A DNA stretch of 24,000 nucleotides from an uncultured Methanosarcinales archaeon (GTDB lineage Archaea > Nanobdellota > Nanobdellia > Woesearchaeales > UBA10107): the NCBI GenBank assembly GCA_965231065.1, contig OZ246410.1, forward strand, positions 487,886 through 511,885, written 5' to 3'. Below are positions 21,997 through 24,000 of the stretch, piece after piece. Position numbers and translations under genes: made by a program. The first letter of the stretch is position 1. Every line of letters starts with the position of its first letter. The notes under the pieces are model-generated. The model was not told where the DNA came from, ran no database searches, and saw only the letters and a list, made by a program, of their open reading frames with translations.

Positions 21997-23216
21997 TGAG
22001 TTTTAGCTTCTGGTGTTGGAGCAGCCGGTGTTGAGTCACGCACTGTGCCTCCTGATCGTGGACCTGTACGTGCCGAAATTTCTTTCTTCTTTCCATTTCC
22101 AAAGATGTGACTGAAATTTATTGTCGCGCCGCCATAGATGGTGTGTTCATGTAATGCTGATGTATTTGAAACGCCTGAAAGCATCATTTCATATCCAATC
22201 AATGGGCTGATATCTGATCCGATCTTTCCTTTGAGCTGTTTCTTTGCCTCAAGACTAAATCTTGTGTAATCTGTCTCATATTCAGAGCCAGTGCTGTCAG
22301 TGACCATCTCGCCGATGTTTTCCAAAGAAGCTTCAAATTGCAATGCAGGTACGTATACCTTTGCAGTCAATGAGAAATTTTCTCTCTTGAAATCGTTTGT
22401 GATTCCGTACGGAGCTATATCTGATGTGCCGAATACTTTGCCGATCTTCGCTTCGAGCTCGAGTGCGTTATTGAGTGTATATTCAACAGTGAATTCGTAT
22501 CCTTTTCCGCTGTCGCTCTTGGTGATATCAATGATGTCATATTTGATGTCTGCATTTCTGCCGAACATCTTGAATCCGCCTGCAAGGCTTACGAGATGAG
22601 CAAGATTCTTTGCTTTGATCACTTTTCCATAGCCAAGGCTGAATGCAAGATCAGTGATTGAACCTTTTGTTGATCCATTTTCCTGGTCTGCAAGATAATT
22701 TGTCAAGCTTGTTGGCTGTATCTTTGCATCGACACGCAGGAATTGTTTCTGTTTCTTTGAATCGAGACCAAGCTCGAGTTCTGTATTAAGATTAAGTTGT
22801 GATCCTTTAGAAGCGAAATCGACGACATCCGTGCCGATATCTGTCTGAGAACCGGTGCTATATGATCCGAATGTTGCATCCTGTTCAAGGATAAGGTAAG
22901 GTTTGATATTTGATGTGATGGTGTTTCCATCCGCATCGACTTTTGGTACTTTGACTTTCTTTACTTTCGGAGCTTTTACTTTCTTTGCTTTGGTCTTTGT
23001 TATTTGTTCAGATATTGCTCGATCCTGTGCTTGCTCAAGAGTTGTTTTATCTGCGTTGATTGTATTAGAAGTTGCTTCTACAACAGGGGCTGTTGCATTG
23101 ACTGGTGCTGCTTGCGTAGCTGGTCCATCTTCAGGATTGAGAATTACTTGTGCGTATGTGTTGCTTGCTGCTAATGCAGCGATTCCAAAAAGTGCATTTC
23201 TTAGTTTACTGTTCAT
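21993..23216 (-). CDS. Secreted beta-rich protein with a porin-like amphipathic strand pattern; first gene of the surface-protein operon
   Basis: 407 aa. Signal peptide MNSKLRNALFGIAALAASNTYAQ, a Pro/Ala/Thr linker, and the Lys-rich KKVKAPKVKKVKVPKV. About 12-13 segments have alternating hydrophobic residues (LNLNTELELGLD, YEFTVEYTLNNALELEAKIGKVF, FSLTAKVYVPALQFEASLENI, YGGATINFSHIF). The GGGGG SD lies 7 nt upstream. The stop overlaps the next ATG (ATGA at 21993-21996). Confidence 0.8.
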   Translation of the reverse strand: MNSKLRNALFGIAALAASNTYAQVILNPEDGPATQAAPVNATAPVVEATSNTINADKTTLEQAQDRAISEQITKTKAKKVKAPKVKKVKVPKVDADGNTITSNIKPYLILEQDATFGSYSTGSQTDIGTDVVDFASKGSQLNLNTELELGLDSKKQKQFLRVDAKIQPTSLTNYLADQENGSTKGSITDLAFSLGYGKVIKAKNLAHLVSLAGGFKMFGRNADIKYDIIDITKSDSGKGYEFTVEYTLNNALELEAKIGKVFGTSDIAPYGITNDFKRENFSLTAKVYVPALQFEASLENIGEMVTDSTGSEYETDYTRFSLEAKKQLKGKIGSDISPLIGYEMMLSGVSNTSALHEHTIYGGATINFSHIFGNGKKKEISARTGPRSGGTVRDSTPAAPTPEAKTQ

Positions 23217-23385
23217 TATATTGCCCCCAATATATCTGTATTATCTAGTACACCCCAGACTAAAGGATGAATACTCATATATAAATCTTTCCATTATTAG
23301 TTATTATGTAGTAGTAACAATAATACTATCTATATATTTTCTATATGGAAAATATTCATTAGAGAAGACAAAGATACTATGGAAT

Positions 23386-23697
23386 TTATTGCTTAAGCAA
23401 GGCTTCTATGCCTTGCTTGAACGGAGGAAGAATCTTGTTGATCTCTTCGATTGTGGTCTGCGCTTTCGGATTCATCCTATGCTTCATGCATACATCTAAT
23501 CTATAGAATAATCCGTCTAACTTTGAAGCAGAATCAGTAAGTTCAGGAGGAAGTTCGCTGCAGTATCCTATGAATCTCATCTTCAATTGCGAAACAATAT
23601 TCTCTACCGTGCTGACTCTCATCTCATCGAATGCTTTTTCTGCTTTTTGATATGCATCAAGCAACTTCAGAATGATCCGATATGATTGCTCTGTCAT
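23386..23697 (-). CDS. Hypothetical helical protein
   Basis: 103-aa ORF with an ATG start 22 nt from a TATA-like TTAATATAAG. Predicted all-helical by composition. No family recognised. Confidence 0.5.
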   Translation of the reverse strand: MTEQSYRIILKLLDAYQKAEKAFDEMRVSTVENIVSQLKMRFIGYCSELPPELTDSASKLDGLFYRLDVCMKHRMNPKAQTTIEEINKILPPFKQGIEALLKQ

Positions 23698-23732
23698 CTC
23701 CGAATCAATTAATTACCCTTATATTAATGTTA

Positions 23733-23742
23733 GGAAAAATAA
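23733..23742 (-). terminator. Oligo-T terminator after the tRNA pair
   Basis: The minus strand reads TTATTTTTCC immediately after the discriminator base of the downstream tRNA. Confidence 0.4.
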
Positions 23743-23815
23743 AGCCCTCGGTGGGATGTGCGCCCACGACCTGCTGCTTACTAGGCAGCCGCTATAGCTA
23801 CTAAGCCACGAGGGC
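23743..23815 (-). tRNA. Non-canonical tRNA, Thr-like (anticodon AGU)
   Basis: 73 nt: GCCCTCG-TG-GCTT-AGTAGCTA-TAGC-G-GCTGC-CTAGTAA-GCAGC-AGGTC-GTGGG-CGCACAT-CCCAC-CGAGGGC-T. The acceptor (7 bp), anticodon (5 bp) and T (5 bp) stems are perfect. U33 and A37 are present and the discriminator is U73. The D loop lacks GG and the T loop lacks the TTC/A58 consensus. Confidence 0.6.
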
Positions 23816-23822
23816 AATTGGA

Positions 23823-23906
23823 TGCGGGAGGCAGGACTCGAACCTGCGAAGACACTAAGTCAAAGGCTCTTAAGGCCTTCGCATTTGACCACTTTGCTAC
23901 TCCCGC
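23823..23906 (-). tRNA. tRNA-Leu (anticodon UAA)
   Basis: 84-nt class II cloverleaf: GCGGGAG...AAGGC-CTTAAGA-GCCTT, variable arm TGACTTAGTGTCTTC, T arm GCAGG-TTCGAGT-CCTGC, A73. It ends 7 nt upstream of the next tRNA. Confidence 0.9.
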
Positions 23907-23934
23907 AAAGCTAACAGAGTGAGTTTATACGTCT

Positions 23935-23942
23935 TTTATAAA
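23935..23942. promoter_or_regulatory. Palindromic TATA box TTTATAAA placed to serve tRNA-Leu (minus) and ORF 23966 (plus)
   Basis: It lies 29 nt from tRNA-Leu position 1 on one side and 24 nt from ATG 23966 on the other. Confidence 0.4.
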
Positions 23943-23965
23943 TATTTGCAGAATAGAGAAAAAAA

Positions 23966-24000
23966 ATGAAAAGAAAGAAGGATTATCTCCTTCTCATCAA
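23966..24000 (+). CDS. Start of an ORF (MKRKKDYLLLI...), truncated by the window end
   Basis: The ATG sits at promoter-consistent spacing. Only 11 codons are visible, so there is no functional call. Confidence 0.3.
   Translation, partial: MKRKKDYLLLI

Noticed and set aside
21993-23216. Explaining the barrel-like gene as bacterial contamination or a mis-binned fragment.
   Set aside because: It is translationally coupled to the downstream gene. It also sits in an uninterrupted minus-strand block between archaeal-type tRNA genes with the same promoter grammar. Ancient lateral transfer cannot be excluded, and it is listed as a test under the finding.
1-24000. CRISPR arrays, transposases, integrases and prophage genes.
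   Set aside because: No regularly spaced direct repeats were seen, and no ORF has recognisable DDE, tyrosine/serine recombinase or Cas motifs. The only mobile-element-like traces are the short tRNA-end duplications reported above.

Overview
This is an archaeal chromosomal segment. The evidence is TFB, a family-B DNA polymerase, ribosomal protein L10e, an archaeal-type IleRS (HVGT/KMSKS), an intron-containing tRNA, and BRE/TATA promoters of the form AACC-TTTATAAA. Compact spacing, many leaderless genes, class III (pilin-type) signal peptides and a large share of secreted or surface proteins suggest a small-genome, DPANN-like archaeon. That assignment is inference, because no database search was possible. 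I support 24 protein-coding genes (two of them partial at the window edges), 4 tRNA genes on the minus strand, and a set of promoter, operator and terminator candidates. The tRNAs are Ser-UGA with a roughly 38-nt intron, Val-GAC, Leu-UAA, and a non-canonical Thr-AGU-like gene. I saw no CRISPR array, transposase or integrase. The most unusual content is a translationally coupled minus-strand operon (23216 down to 17254). It encodes a signal-peptide-bearing protein with a porin-like amphipathic beta-strand pattern. Next comes a 1408-aa surface protein with 6 PKD domains, a lamin-tail domain, 2 FN3 domains, a Ser/Thr/Asn pentapeptide-like beta-helix dense in N-glycosylation sequons, and a C-terminal anchor. 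The last gene encodes a small Gly-zipper membrane protein. Other points worth a second look: the PolB has a substituted Exo II aspartate and altered motif B. A HemK/Mtq2-type methyltransferase is fused to an atypical RIO/Bud32-like kinase domain. A well-paired tRNA has an A34 anticodon and non-consensus D and T loops. The 3' ends of tRNA-Ser and tRNA-Val are each duplicated a short distance downstream. A shared 14-nt palindromic motif lies upstream of a ribbon-helix-helix gene and its neighbour.
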